The notes: generated by a model not told the origin, from the letters alone. A stretch of 60,881 nt of DNA, filler included, from Porpidia crustulata (GCA_964255105.1; 7 parts of 7 records of this genome joined end to end with filler, not necessarily neighbours in it); one strand, 5' to 3'. Counted from the whole stretch's first letter, positions 36,649-50,591 are shown. Numbers and translations: made by a program.

Positions 36649-39600
36649 TCACTCCTCCATCTCGCCATCTGTGTCTTCTCCGTCTACTTCGTCCATGTCC
36701 ATGTCTTCATCGTCATCCTCGTCTTCTGTCCCTTCCTCGTCCTCTCCCTTTAATCCATAATCATCCTGAAACGACGCGAGCGTCCTGACATCAGGCTTGA
36801 AGCCTAACCCTTGAAATTCTTTGACGAGTTCCTCTTCCATCACGGGCGCGCAAGTAACAATCAACGTTGCTGTCTTCGAGTCGAATGCCGGAAGTACCAC
36901 GTTCTTCATGACCTCTCTGATCTCTTCTACCTTGGCCATTCTCACTTTCTCCAGCATGGCGTCATTCCAGTCGGCGGGCAACCCGCGGATGACTTGTCGC
37001 ACGAAGCTCATCTGCGCCGCGCTAGACATACTGGATTGCGAATTTGCGAATCCAAGTACGATACTGCTTATAGCGCCTTCAAGGGCCAGTTCATCAAACT
37101 CAGTTTTTCCCGATACGAAATCCTCAACTACAGTTTTGCTAGTGCTGAAGGCTTTCGAGGCATTGGGGGAGCGATATATGTCAAAAGAAATCTGTCCACT
37201 CTCAGTATGCCGGGAGAAACTTGTGCCGTAAGCAAGACCTGTCCCTCGGACGGCAGTCCAAAGGGGACCTTCTACAGCGTCGAGGTACGAAAGAGCGACC
37301 ATGAGGGCTGGTACGCGGGGATCTTGCAGGGAGTTTGGGCCTTTGGCGACAGAGAGGGCAAAAGAAGAATCGATCGTGGGCATAGGTATGATGCAAGCCA
37401 GACTTCCGGGGTTCTTTCCAGCATCACTGAGACGAGAGAGGCGGGTTTCAAGTGGGTTCAGGGGCTTGCTACTATCGAGGTGTGCGGTCAGAGCTTTCCA
37501 GGCGGAGACAGGATTGGAGAGTTTCTCGAGATTGGCAATAACAAGGACGCGAAAATTGGAATGTTGGCAGAGGGCGGTGCGGATCTCTTCAAGTTGAGAT
37601 AGGACCGATTCGGGGGAGTCCTCAAGAAGGCGCTTTATTCGTTTGAGATAAACGGCGCGGACGAGGGTGCTTTGAGCGCGCGCAATAGAGGAAGGAGCGG
37701 TGTTAAGTATCAGTTCAGCCGCATAAAGCATGGTACTCCCGCTACGCTTGTCATCGGGGATCTCTGCTAGCAGTCTAGTTGTTGTGGCCTTTATTCTTGT
37801 AAGATCGAAGATTGCATCCCAAAGAAGGTTCTTCAACCATCGGATTGCAACTTCGTACTTCTCAGCTTCGACGACCATACGGAGGACAAGGATTTCAGGA
37901 TTCCCAATGCCGCTCCCAGCTTCGAAACTGTAACTGACAGTGTCCTTTTCGAGATCCATTATGACCTGTTCAAATTCAAGTCTTTTACCATCTCGTGTGA
38001 TGGGGGAGTTGAAGAAATTGTCGAGGTAGATAGCCAACAACGGTCTTAAAAGGATGGGTATAAATTCTGTTCCCATGACCATCGTAAGGTGGACGAAGTT
38101 TGTCTGAACGTGTTCGAATTGTATGAAAAGAGGCAAATCGGTATTGTCCCGATCAATGAGATGTTGAATGGTATTTTCTAAGTGACCAATTTTGCGAGCT
38201 GCTCCAGATCGTGCCGTAATAGTATTATGGAAATGGATCGATTTTGTGTCAGGAACATGGAATCGCTCAAGCATTTGCTTTGGAATTTCTTTATCATTCT
38301 CGGCTTTGGCTTGAGCAAGCTTCTCCTCCAATTTCTTCAGCCCATCCTCACCTAGCCTTTTCTTCTGTGCGGCGACACGATCTTTCTCCTCTGACTTTAG
38401 TTTTCTCGACATCTCAGCCGAAGGTCTACCGAGAATAGTAATATGAGGTGCTTCAGCCATCCATTCTCGTAGTATTTGTCTCCACTGAGAGTCCGTCCAA
38501 TCTTCTAGTGTATCGTATTCTTGCAGGGACTTTAGATCAGCGAGCATTGCTTCGCCTCTTTCGCCGAATAAAAAGGATTTGATGACCGCATCGGTGAAGA
38601 ACGCTCCAGACCCTTCAACATGATATTTCAATTGCCGCCTCTCACGGCTGATACAATCCCTTATGTATACCATGTCTAATTCCTGATCTGCTGTTTCTTT
38701 TAGAAGCTCGAAGAATCTAGCCTCAACCTTAGCTAATTTTTCGGTAGCAACGCCACTCAGGGACCACTGAATAACCGTGAGGGGCCGAGGCTCTGTCGTG
38801 AAATAAACGCCACTTGTCAACTGCTCTTTCTCTGTCAGTACATTTTCTAGGACTGATGCGGATGACCCAGCGAGATACGTTAGAAGTATATTCAACGCAG
38901 TAACTGCAATGAAGGTTAGAATGACCACTGCTCTGGATGTGACACCACTCACCCTCTAGCGTATTATTGCAGTCTGGCCCAAAGAAGCTGATCAAAATCT
39001 CGCCTGATGATTCATCTTCTTCAGGAAAATCAACCGTCACGACCGAGGTTTTTTGAATTGGCGGCGCAGGTTTTGATTGCACCCAAGGTCTTTTGAATGG
39101 CGCATCAGGCTTGGGAATATCTTGCAGAATTGTCGCTTCAAAATCGTCCAGTATCCTGAGCAGATCATTGTGATCGATCTCACCTACGATGACGAGGCAT
39201 AGGTTTTTGGGCTGGTACATCTCTCGGTGAAATTCTCGTATACGGTCTGCAGTTAATACACGAAGTTGCTCCATCATCCCTCCCGTTTCGTACCTGAACC
39301 CTACGCCTTCAGGATATAGCAAGCGCTTTGATACCAGCTCCATGAGCTCTCCCTGTGTATTCTGAACTCCCTGCATCTCAGAATACACCACACCTGCGTC
39401 GTGTCCCGATCCATCTACATGGTGAACTTCTGTGTAGCAGCCAGCGTCCGTTAGCGTAGGTACTATGACATGTTCCAGATAGACGGGTAGTATCTGAGCA
39501 AAACCCGCCCATCCTGCAGTATCCAAAGTGTAAGCCGTATGATCCGTTGCGGTCCACGCATTTGTGGTCGAGTAAGCTCTTGTAGCAAGTTTGTCCAAGA

Positions 39601-39847
39601 CTCCTTTATATCGATAGCCTTTGGACCCCATGAAACAAAGATGCTCCAGGGTATGGGGAGCACCTGAATCATCATGTATTTCAGTGGCAAGAGCAAAAAA
39701 ACCTAGAACTTTAGGCCCTTTTTGATTTACAGTTACTACGGTCATGCCAGTTCTTTCAGAGACATACTGAGATATGACACTTGGCGAGTAATCTGTGTTG
39801 AACTCTCCAATTGTCCGGAAATGCGTTTTGCCAGGCTTCAAAGGCAT
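36649..39847 (-). CDS. M16 (insulinase-like) zinc metallopeptidase, C05D11.1/YOL098C-like (2 exons)
   Basis: Inverted zinc motif GAPHTLEHL, TNAWTATDHTAY, GVVYSEMQG, RYETGG and VRGTGLAYG. One intron near 38903-38952. Acidic tail. Confidence 0.92.
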
Positions 39848-40785
39848 GTCTAGATAGGAAGGTCTCCTAAGGTTCCAAAGCAATTGACTATGATCTGATA
39901 AGTAATCCGCAGCGGCCTGCCTCACGGACCTGTATAGCCTATAATGCTCGTAGTCAGCGGTAGCGAACACTGGTAGGACCTCTAGATATATAACACATGA
40001 CGCACGCCCTGGAAAGCCTTGCAAACAGCGAAATGGCAATGACTTAAATCAGAGTCAAAAGTACAGACAGAATCAACATAGTAGGAAATCAAGTTTTTCC
40101 TCTAATGTAGCAAACATACCAAGGATAAAAGAGTATCAATACACTGACAAACAGGGGTGAAAGATAGAAGAAAAGAAGTCGGTTTGCCGATACTAGACCC
40201 ATGGCAGAAAGACCACTGAAAGATGCCACAAATCAAGAGCATCTTTTTAGGGGGAGATATGTACTTAAGTCAGCGTAGGAGTTTATTTGAAGTAATTTTC
40301 ATGAGAAAGTATTGATGCAGCTTAGAAGTAGTGAATCACACAGGAACGTACCTTGCCCAGGATGCCAAAACGAAGCGAACACTGTAGATTGGCTTACCAC
40401 ATACACTTTAAAAGTAACCACTGAGGTGTATGTACAAAGTAGTGGGATTATAGGAGGTTTCATACAAGAGTCCTTGCTTAAATCGTATTAAACCGTAAGA
40501 TACCTAGGACTGCAATCACTTGAGATAAACAAGGCTTAACAAACAACTCTGAGCTTGCCACATTAGTCCGTTCATTCTGCCAAAAATCATGGTAAAATCC
40601 AAAGACATCCCAAGCATAGAAGTCGTTCAGGCCCCAGCTTTTTTATAGTGGAGCATTGGCTTCGTAGTGCCGGCACAATTTAGATACATAAAAATTATAC
40701 AAATAGATAGCTCTCAGCCCTATCATCATTTCGATACAACTTTGTGCTGGTTCTTTCAACATGATCACACTACAACGTGACCTCC

Positions 40786-43463
40786 ATGCCGAAGCATTTT
40801 TCCAACGATCAATACGGCCAAGCTGTATTTCAGTCGGTACAAAGTGGTGCTTATCCAGAATCAGAAGAATTGATATCTGCGCCGCTTCCTCCGTCAGCGC
40901 TTCCTGAAATCATCAAGCTTATAGAGAATGCGCGTGAGGATGTAAAGGTACGGCTGTTAGACTATACCGCGCTACGCACTTACTTACTCAAATATTTCTA
41001 TAGACAAATATAAAAGCTCTCAGCAAAGAAAGCGCCCAACACGTTGATGGCTGGATCTCCCAGGCTAAGCAGTTGCGAAAGGACATTGAGCTAGCTAAAG
41101 ACCAATCTCGAACCATCGTCGGCCGGGCGAGGGAGGGGCAGAACTTACAAGATCAGCAAAATGATGCTGCAAGTAAGGTGCAATTACTGCAGGATGAAGT
41201 CGTCTTCAATGAGACATTGGCGACGACCTTAAAGCGCCTACTCTCAGTTCGGGAAACTCTAGATAGGATTAAGGAAGCTATTCTTAATGAGGACCTCATT
41301 GAAGCAGTAGTAAAACTAGACCAGGGGGATGTCGAAATAGGTTCCTTACGAGAGTCCCAGAAAACCAGGGTGGCTGGTCTACTTGGGACAAAATTGGTGG
41401 ACCTTCGTCAGGATGCGGTGTCAAGTACAGAGAAATGCTGGAATAAAATCATCTGCGTAGATACTGAGAGGCCTATGATCACACTACGACAGCAAATTGA
41501 AGGCATGCGATGTCTCATTCCTCCAAAACTGTTACTGATTGATCTTAAGGTACCCATCATATTGACATCGGAAGTATAACGCAGGCGCTCTTGAAGCTCG
41601 GAGTCTTGCAGCCCAATCTTCGGAAATTATACCAAGACCTCGACAAATGCATTTTGACACCTCGCCTAGAAAGACAAGCTAGTAGTTCTGGGTCTCTACA
41701 TATTAATGGTAATGATATCTGGACCTCTCAGAATTTGCCCGACACCAGCTTGCAGGCTCTTTTCTCTGACATACGTTTGATGATTGATTTCTTGCGTGCG
41801 AGGTTGCCAAACGTCGTCGTAAAGCCACTGTCTGAAATGTTAATGCCCAATCTGATCTCCAAAGTAATCTCGATCTGGCTTTCCTCAGCCATACCAACCG
41901 AGCTCGATGGGATGCACGAATTTCAAGGGACGATAGACTCAATACTTCATTTTGGTGAACACATACAATCTTATGAATGGCCGGGCACGGATGATCTAGT
42001 GACATGGACTAACGACGTTCCAAAAATCTGGCTAGACAAACGTCGCCACACGTCACTTGATAGTGTACGAAAGTTGTTAGCGAAAGGGCTTGGAAAAATT
42101 GCAACAGTCGAACGTGTCGAGACTCAGGTACTCTCCCGGCACGACGATGTCTTAGCAAACGGCGGTGTCAATGACGACTGGAACGCTGGGTGGTCCGATG
42201 AGGAAAGCAAAGACTCGTCCAAACTGACAGCAGAGCAGGGCGGTAATGACGGCGAAGAGGAGGATGTCAGTGCTTGGGGATTAGATGATGAGTCCCAAAA
42301 CCAGGGCCCCCACGAAGCACAAAAGCAGGCTCACGCTGCTAACGATGAGGCTGATGCTTGGGGCTGGGGAGACGACGATATTGACGAGGCCTTGGATCCC
42401 GGAAATTCTGCATCTAAGGGCATGCAGAAAAATACAATCAACGGAGATTCCGATACTCCAGCGTCTGCTGAGCGAGCAGTGACCCTAAAAGAAACCTACA
42501 ACATCACGTCTCTACCGAGCGAGGTACTGGATATCATAGAAACTGTCATACACGATGCCGAGAAGCTCAGAAAACCGAAGTGGGTTATGTACCAATCAAT
42601 CAACTCATTCACTAGCTAATACGAGAGATAGCTTGGCCATTCCGCGGATGGCCTCAGCAACTGCAAGTTTGGATCTCCTCCCAGGTCTTGTGCTATCCAT
42701 GTACCGAGCGAGCGCTCCCAGTTGCTATGCTCGAGATATCAACGGCAGTATGTTTCTGTACAACGACAGCTTGTGGATGGCAGAACGCCTTGGGCCCATC
42801 ATAGAGAGCCGCAAGGAACACCTAGGAAAGTCGAAACTTGAAGCTGAAGTACTAGCCCTCGAGAGCTTCGGTAAGCGTGCTTACGGTAAAGAAATGGAAT
42901 CCCAAAGAACTATCATTGGAGACCTCCTCGACGGCGCTCAAGGATTTGCAAACTGCACCGAGCCCCCTTTTGCTCAGGAATGCGACTTGGCCATCAGCTC
43001 CATCGTGGATCGACTTCGGGACGTACACAAGCAGTGGAAGGCCGTCCTATCCCATTCTGCTCTGCTACAATCCCTCGGATCCCTCCTTTCAACCGTCATC
43101 AACAAAATCGTCGTCGACGTATGCGACATGAGCGACATCTCCGAACCCGAATCCCAACGCCTAACCGCTTTCTGCAATCGAGTCGCCGCCCTCGAAGATC
43201 TCTTCACGCCGGAGCGACCGCATGACGGGTCATCGGATGCAGAGCCCGCAATCCCTCTGACGGCGGTGTATACACCCAATTGGCTGAAATTCCAGTATTT
43301 GTCGCAGATACTCGACAGCACGCTGGTGGATATCAAATACCTGTGGACGGAGGGGGAGCTGCGGCTGGAGTTTTCCCTGGATGAGCTGGTGGATCTGATT
43401 CAGGCTTTGTTTGCCGATTCCGAGCATCGAAGGCGGGCCATTGCGGAGATTAGGAGAAGTTGA
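40786..43463 (+). CDS. ZW10/Dsl1-like ER tethering and kinetochore protein (4 exons)
   Basis: VDGWISQAKQL; acidic lasso with DDWNAGWSDEE, DVSAWGLDD and ADAWGWGDDD; C-terminal DISEPES, WLKFQYL and LIQALFADS..RR.AI. Confidence 0.88.
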
Positions 43464-43468
43464 GGGAG

Positions 43469-43568
43469 NNNNNNNNNNNNNNNNNNNNNNNNNNNNNNNN
43501 NNNNNNNNNNNNTTAATTAATTAANNNNNNNNNNNNNNNNNNNNNNNNNNNNNNNNNNNNNNNNNNNN
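43469..43568. other. Artificial contig linker
   Basis: N44-TTAATTAATTAA-N44. Confidence 0.98.
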
Positions 43569-44533
43569 GGCCGCGGGATCTCCACCGCCCCCGTCGTCCT
43601 CCCGTACGTAATCCCGCCCAGCCGACTAACCGGCCTCAACACCGCCGGGTCAATCAAATTCCTCTCCTCATTAATCGCATCCTCGCGCACCCAAAACCTC
43701 ACCCCCTCCACAATCGCCAGCACCCCCGTTTTCTTACCCGGCGTCGCCCGGCTCTCAAACTCCTGCGTGCTGACCAGCTTCGCCTCGACGCTGAACACGN
43801 NNNNNNNNNTTCCTTGACGCGCGAACACGTGACTTCGGTGCAGGGCGCGGGGGTGAGGCCGCTGAGGGCCCATTCCGAGGTGCCGTAGGGGGCGTTGATG
43901 GAGGTGCGTTGGCGGCTTCGAGGAAGTGCTCCGAGATGAGGTTGATGGTGCATTCGCGCGTGGCCGCGAGGTTGCGCAGGGTATCTTTGGCGTTGGAGAA
44001 GCCGCCGGCGAAGCCGATGGTGAAGAGGGGGGGGTCGTGGTTGATTAGTTGGGTGTAGGAGAAGGGGGAGAGGTTGGTGGAGGTGCCTGTGGTGATTCTT
44101 TGAGCGAGAGAATGTGGGGATGGTGCGCGATGGAATGGGCGGGTCAAGAGAGCTGGAGGTGTCCGTGATTGGAAGGTTCCGTACCGTCTTCTGACCTTGT
44201 TCCAACGAATCCTACCGGCCTTGGCACGATTCCCGAAATTAACAGCTTGTAATTGAACACCGCCGGTCTTCCCTCTTCGTACGGATCAATCTCCACATGT
44301 TTCTTCTTCAAACTTTCTCCACCATCATTCGCGCCATCGCCGAGCTTCCAATCAGGCTTGCGCGTTTTGGTGAAGTGGAACGACGATTCCTCCTCCCAGT
44401 CCGGACGCGAGGCTTCGACTTTGGCGAAGTCGGGGTGTGGGTTGCGGCCGACAAGCTTTTCGGCGTCGTGACGCTCTTCATGGGGTTTGGGGTCGTGAGC
44501 GCGTTGCTCGGCGTCCCCGAAGTTGGAGGGCAT
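43569..44533 (-). CDS. Flavin reductase-like FMN-binding (flavoredoxin-type) protein, 3'-truncated
   Basis: RNPHPDF..VEASRPDW, NYKLLISGIVPRP, NLSPFSY..INHDPP, KDTLRN and PVSRLGGITYG. One intron. An apparent 1-nt frameshift near 43905 lies about 100 bp from a 10-N gap and is probably an assembly error. Confidence 0.88.
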
Positions 44534-45067
44534 GGTGGGTAGGTGGGAGAGAGGGCGAATAAACACCGGGATCGTCTTTGCTATCCGGAGACTTGGGAAA
44601 ATATGCTTGAGAGTCTCGAAATTATCATCGATAAGGTCTAGAAAGATTGTTTCCGTAGACGGAGGACCTAAATCCATCCGTCCGTTTCTGAGCAGTCACT
44701 ACGTCATAGTCGGTTTTTTCTGACCTTCGTACCGGCCAGTTGCTTTGGGCCTGTCAAAAGCAAAGACTCCAAAATCTGATACTAGATATTGCCGTGCCTT
44801 GGTACTCCTCGAGAATTGATGATCGTATAGGATCTATAATGGAAGCCTCGAAGTAGTTGTTTCCCAAGCCTTGATCGCCCCTATCGTGGGACTGCGGGGC
44901 TTATCGATAATAAGAGCGGGGTTCATCGCTTTTTGTTGACTTATAAACAATGGGCTGGCTAGTGGTGTATGGAAATGAGAATAGAGAGAAGTCTATCGGA
45001 TTGATCTTTGGTATTTAATCAATTTCAACAGTGAGACGCCTGTAAAAAGCTACTTGAGAGGCTCATC

Positions 45068-46494
45068 ATGTCGGAAAAGCTGCTTGAGAAGCTCAGCATG
45101 TCGGACTCCAAGTATGAGGCATACAAACTCGGGGACTGGCATCTCCAATGCGGCGCTTCGATTCCAGATGCTTTCATTGCATACAAAACATTCGGCGACC
45201 CGAAGTCCCCCGCGGTCGTGTACCCGACTTGGTATTCCGGATGTGAGGCGAAGATATTTGATTTTACCTAGCGCTACTCCTTTACTTACGCCATCACAGC
45301 AATATTTGATAACGTTTGGTTGGTCGGCGACGATAAGACCCTCAACCCCAAGAAGGTGAAGACTTTTATGATCCATTGGATTTTGCTTTCTTAATGTTTC
45401 CCAATCTCACTATTGAAAAGTATTTCATCATCATCACCGCCCTCTTCGGCAATGGCGAATCCTCGTCCCCTTCAAATCACGCAACCCTCAAAAACTTTCC
45501 TAAAGTATCCTTTTACGACAACGTCCGCGCGCAGTACGAACTCGTAACAAAGAATTTCGGGCTAAAGCACCTACGGGCTGTCATTGGATGGTCTATGGGT
45601 GCTGGTCAGACATATCAATGGATAACGCAGTATCCCGACTTTGTGGACCTTGCAGTCCCCTTTTGCGGATCCGCTAAGACGTCTTTACATAACCAAGTCT
45701 TCCTGGAAGGTGTGAAGAGTGCGATGTTGGCGGCGAAGGGCATCCGATCAGCAGGTCCGGTGGAAGGAATTGTTATGGCAAAGGGGGAGAAAGCCAGGAC
45801 TTGGACAGAGGACGAAAAGTCCGTTGGGATGAAGGCGTTTGGAAGAGGCTATGCTGGATGGTAAATCTTCCCGTTCCCAAGACTCGAATGCAGTTCAAGG
45901 TTTCTCGGATCAGAAAGCTGAAGGACGAGAACTAGGGGCTTCAGCCAAAGCTTCTATCGCGAGAAGCTCCATGAAAAGCACTTTGGCTTCAAAGACCTGG
46001 AGTCCTTCCTGACGGGTTTCTGGGAGGCTTGGGCTTGCTCTAAAGGTCTGATGGCGCCGTTGTCATGCAGATGTCTAGATCAAGCGTAGGAAGTTGACCT
46101 TGAATAGAACCGGAAAACATGCTCACAATGCTACAAACCTGGCAAAGTGGCGACTGCTCGCTCCAGGAGCCCTATAACGGTAACTTTGAGAAAGCGATGC
46201 AGGGTATCAAAGCCAAGACCCTGGTACTACCCGGCAAGACGGACTTGTACTTTCCGTGAGTGTCATACCTAGCTCTTTTTGATTCTGCTTGCTTTGTATG
46301 AAACCATTGTTGACGTTATCCTCAACGACTCTAGACCAGAAGACTCCGAGATCGAAGTCGCAAATATGAAGCCAGGCGTTGGAGAACTTGACGTCTTCCC
46401 TTCGATCTGGGGCCACTGGGCTGGAGGACCAGGTGATAGCAAAGAAGATCTAAAGTGGCTAGACGAGAAATTGAAAGTCTTTTTCGAGAAGTGA
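45068..46494 (+). CDS. Homoserine O-acetyltransferase-like alpha/beta hydrolase (6 exons)
   Basis: IAYKTFGD, YPTWYSG, nucleophile motif GWSMG, GKTDLYFP|PEDS and SIWGHWAGG catalytic His. Five canonical introns. Confidence 0.88.
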
Positions 46495-48089
46495 TCTTGA
46501 GCATCTGAGAATGGGAGGGAGATCCTGGTAAATGGTTGTTCATATATGCGTTGGGATAACTATATGTATTGTACTGGGGGCATACAGCATCTCTTATATA
46601 TTCTGGACTGCACCAGAAACAAACCAGATCGTTAATGAATCCTATCATAGATCATGGTGGCTCAACTGTATATTTCAGTCATGATAAGAATCCTTCATAA
46701 AAAGCTAATGCCAATATGGCTGATCGGTCAAGATACTCCACCTGCTCGCTCAGTCAAGCTGACCGTTTCTCGAAATCCGAGTGTGGTAGGTCATACAAAG
46801 TCCAGTAATTATCCTTCGAGACTGATAACGGAAAGCAAACTCAAGTCAAACCACGCTCTCGTATCCTGGTTTCTTGATTGGTACATGATGTCAACGTCAT
46901 GGAGTAAATTCTTCGACTCCCGTTTTTCTTACGCAGTGAGTTCTCTGTCACGAAAGTGATACGTGGGTGTACAAAGACTTAAGGAGGATATAACAAAACC
47001 AAGCTAGTCCTTGCTTGTCAACTACTGCAATTCACCGCTCTCCAATGATTTACCTCCCCTAACATAATCTTTCTTCGCTTTTCCTTCACCTTTCCGTATC
47101 TCCCCACATTATCAAATTCCTCACTATTCCGTCATCACCAAAGTACCAGTCACACAGCTCATCCTCCATCCTCTATCATAGTCTCATCCTCGATGTTTCC
47201 CCATCCTTAATACAGATTTCCCGCAGCCTTTCGCTCCACTGACGTCGGACGCGGAGACAATGGCGCCTCATGATGCCGCGCTCAAGTCTGCTCCTCACGA
47301 GGCTCAGGAAATATGAATTGTATCCTCTAGTCTTGCCAGCACCACAACTATCGGGCGGTTTTTCTCATCCTGCTCTCTTCTGTGATCATACTAGGGTTCC
47401 GGGATCTGTATCCTACTCCGAAGATGCGGCGGTAGTATATGTCCTTCAACATGGCGTGTAGCCATGTTCCAAGTATTCTGGTCCTCTCATAAGGATTCCA
47501 CCGGAGCTCCAATCTCCATGCTGAGCAAGCGTCTACCGCTTTGGCATGCTCCTCCCGGTCGCTCGAAGAGCAGTGGTAGCAGAGTGCGTCGCCGTCCGTG
47601 GCTGGAGTATGTTTGCGTCTCAAAAATTCGTTGATGTCTGGATATCCTTCGTTGTCATGCCTTGAGCTGGATCCAATTGACACGTTCAGTGTGAGAAGAC
47701 TTTGGACTGTTTTGGAAACGGGCCGTTTTGGAAGTAAATGGGGCCATGGCTCGGCGGCGTACGCTTTATCTTCACACCTCCAGCCTGTCCGTGACATATC
47801 CAAATGAATCTTCCCATGGGTCGGGACACGCAATAAACCACAATTGATACGCACCATACATATCCGCCAAGCTTTTCACTGCTACCTCTGAATGAATAGT
47901 CTCCAGGATGTAGGAAACAAATATGAAATACGGTCGAGAGACCGTGATACAGCCAAGGACAAGAAGTCACTCCCTTTTACGAAATCTAATTGGTACCTGC
48001 TACAGATGACAATGACCGAAAAATATCAGAAATCGATCCTATATTCAATGCATCGTTCCCGAACCATGGAAAGCCCGAACCCCCAACGG

Positions 48090-48668
48090 TCACACAGCAA
48101 CCCCGCCTGTACTCCGTTCCTCATTGTCGTTTCCCTTGTCGTCATCGTCTTTCTTGTCCTCGTCCTCGTCCTCCTCACCCTCCTCATCTTCACCTTCTTC
48201 TTCCTCCTCGTCCTCCTCGTCCTCCGCGTCCTCCTCCAAGTCACCAGCAGCACCCTCAACCTCCTCACCGCTCTCCAATCCCGCCTGCACACCCTCGCCA
48301 ATCCCAGTTCCTGCCCCTCCTACCGCAACAACTTCCACCTCTTCCAAACCCGGATTCTCGACCCCCATCTCACGTTCCCAATCTTCCTGCTCGGCCATCT
48401 CATCGTTCCACGGCTCCGGCTGTTTCCACAATCGACTCCACGGCATGTCCTCTTCCAATTCTAGCGGCCGCTCGTGGAGAGTCTGCAAATACTCATCCGT
48501 GTAGATTGGCTGTTGCTGTTGCTGGCCATACCTGGTGGGTGATGGGAAGGGAGAAGTGTATACAGGTTTTGAGCCACTGCTAGTGCTGAGGTTGTTGGTG
48601 CGGGTAGCGATTGGGGGAAAAGGCTTTGAGGGCGAGGTCTGGGTGGCCCGGTCCGGTGAGTTAGACAT
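48090..48668 (-). CDS. Hypothetical acidic low-complexity protein
   Basis: 192-aa ATG-initiated ORF with a long E/D tract. No recognisable family. Confidence 0.45.
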   Translation of the reverse strand: MSNSPDRATQTSPSKPFPPIATRTNNLSTSSGSKPVYTSPFPSPTRYGQQQQQPIYTDEYLQTLHERPLELEEDMPWSRLWKQPEPWNDEMAEQEDWEREMGVENPGLEEVEVVAVGGAGTGIGEGVQAGLESGEEVEGAAGDLEEDAEDEEDEEEEEGEDEEGEEDEDEDKKDDDDKGNDNEERSTGGVAV

Positions 48669-50591
48669 TGTTCGTGCGGATGATTTAAAAAGTACTGGGA
48701 TATCTTATTTCGGCTTTTTGGAAAAAAAAAGTGGTATCTTTAATCGAATAGAATTTTAGAAAGTCCAGGATCGCAGAGGACCGTGTTCATATACCTTTCC
48801 GATCCCACTTCACACCATCAGCCCCCCGCAACACAAATGAATACACAGCTGATGAATACATTTCCGAAAACCATTCTTCGGTCTATCACACCTCGATCGC
48901 AAAAAGTTCCGTGAAAATACGTAATTCCATAGGCGGGGAAAGAGATGCCGCGTGGAAAATATGATGATGAAGATGTATCGTATGAGGAGGGAAGGTAGTG
49001 TGTATGTATGTATGGATCCTACCTAAATATTGATACTGCGTTTGAATAGGGTGAAGGAGCATAGAGCCAGAGAAGTACAGAGTAAAAGGAAATTAAGACA
49101 TGAATTCAAATGATTACTTTCCTGCTTATTTACCTAGATACCATTGATTGGTGCTTCATCTTTTTATTCTTCAATTTTTCCGGTGTCATACATCCGCCTT
49201 CGTCATCAACACTTACATAGACAGCAATCTCTTGCCCAACAATCTCCTCTTACTTAAGCCACACACACACACAGACCATAGATATCTGCCTCCACTCATC
49301 ACTCTTGCAGCATGGATACAAACCAGGAGAAATGTATTTGCGATTGAATGATAATTGACACCTTGACAGCAACTTCCCCTAACGTATCGCATCTGCGCCG
49401 TAAACCCTTTAACACATGCAGCAGCTGTTATTTGATCGTCAGTGAATTATTCCATAGTTTATCGATCCTTCACTTGGGAAACAATTCAGCTAGAAAGAGG
49501 GTAGTTCCTGGTGGAGCGCAATGTAGCGAGACAGTGCCTAGGTGAGGGCCAGGTATAACATTCCTATTGGCCTGTGAGATCGATACGTGGGGCTTTCAAA
49601 TTTCAGGTCCGGACATCGTAGGACGAATCAACTTCCTGTGTATTAGGTACGATGAGATAGGATAGAGATTGAATCTAGGGTTGAAGGACTGTACAATATG
49701 TGAAAAGGGCTGTAGAGAGGAATTGGAAGGAGTATGCCTGGAGAGTTTCGGGGAAAAATGTCGGTCAAAGAGGGTATAGTTGGTCGAGCGTAGGCTAAAG
49801 AAATGGCTAACTAAAGGAAGTTGCTAGAGCTAAATTCGAAGTGTAAGGAACAATCCTCGAAGCGCGGCCATGTATTTGCAAAGAAGCAAGTATCCAATTA
49901 CTTCCAAAAAAAAAAAAGCCGTGAAAAATTTTCCCAAAAAATAATCCCGTCACCCTTTTTAAACTTTAACTCGAGTGTCGAATTAACTCAAGCTTATAGA
50001 TTTTTGATCTTCGGTCGCCCTGAAATAAAGGGGATCTGTGTCGGATCCGAACCAGAGCCCATCTCGTTTCATTAGGGATGGTTAGCGCTATTTTCCTCTG
50101 GTAAAGTTCCTCCCTTATTAACTTTGCTGCTGGGTTAATATGGGAAAGACGTCCTTGTTATCAAATATTAATCAAATAAAGATGATTTAAATCAACACAT
50201 ATAATGCCAGTTATTTGAAGTCATTATATCCACTTACCTACTGATAAGTACTTAAGGAATAGATAAACTTTTGACAACTAATAAAGCTTGATTGAAGATT
50301 TAGCTTGTCCAAAGCAATGTGCGAGCAATCGCACAACCTCCTTGGGAAAAATTTCTGATAAGTAAAGGTTCTCAAGATGGTTCCTTCCAACATTTGCCAT
50401 AGGTCCTTGAACCAGAGTTCTTGCCAAACGCTACACTTTGATGATCGACTAGCCGCTCTTACATTGCAGGCAATTCAACGAAAATAGTATCCTTATATTC
50501 TTGAATAAATGCTGACACTTGTGATCCCAATACACCTAAGGCGATCATAAGGATCCATATAATCTTGAAAACGTTCCTACAGGCTCCAAGG

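Noticed and set aside
36811..37933. Plus-strand ORFs up to 263 aa
   Set aside because: Antisense shadows of the M16 peptidase.
43900..43915. Programmed frameshift or pseudogenisation in the flavin reductase-like gene
   Set aside because: A single missing base in a GC-rich, gap-containing stretch near a contig end is more likely an assembly error. No slippery site is present.
47348..47970. Minus-strand ORFs of 169 and 94 aa
   Set aside because: No recognisable motifs or splice model, so they cannot be supported as a gene.
49251..49265. TACTTAAGCCACAC resembling part of fungal 5S rRNA
   Set aside because: Flanks do not match 5S and the match runs into a CA microsatellite, so it is likely chance.
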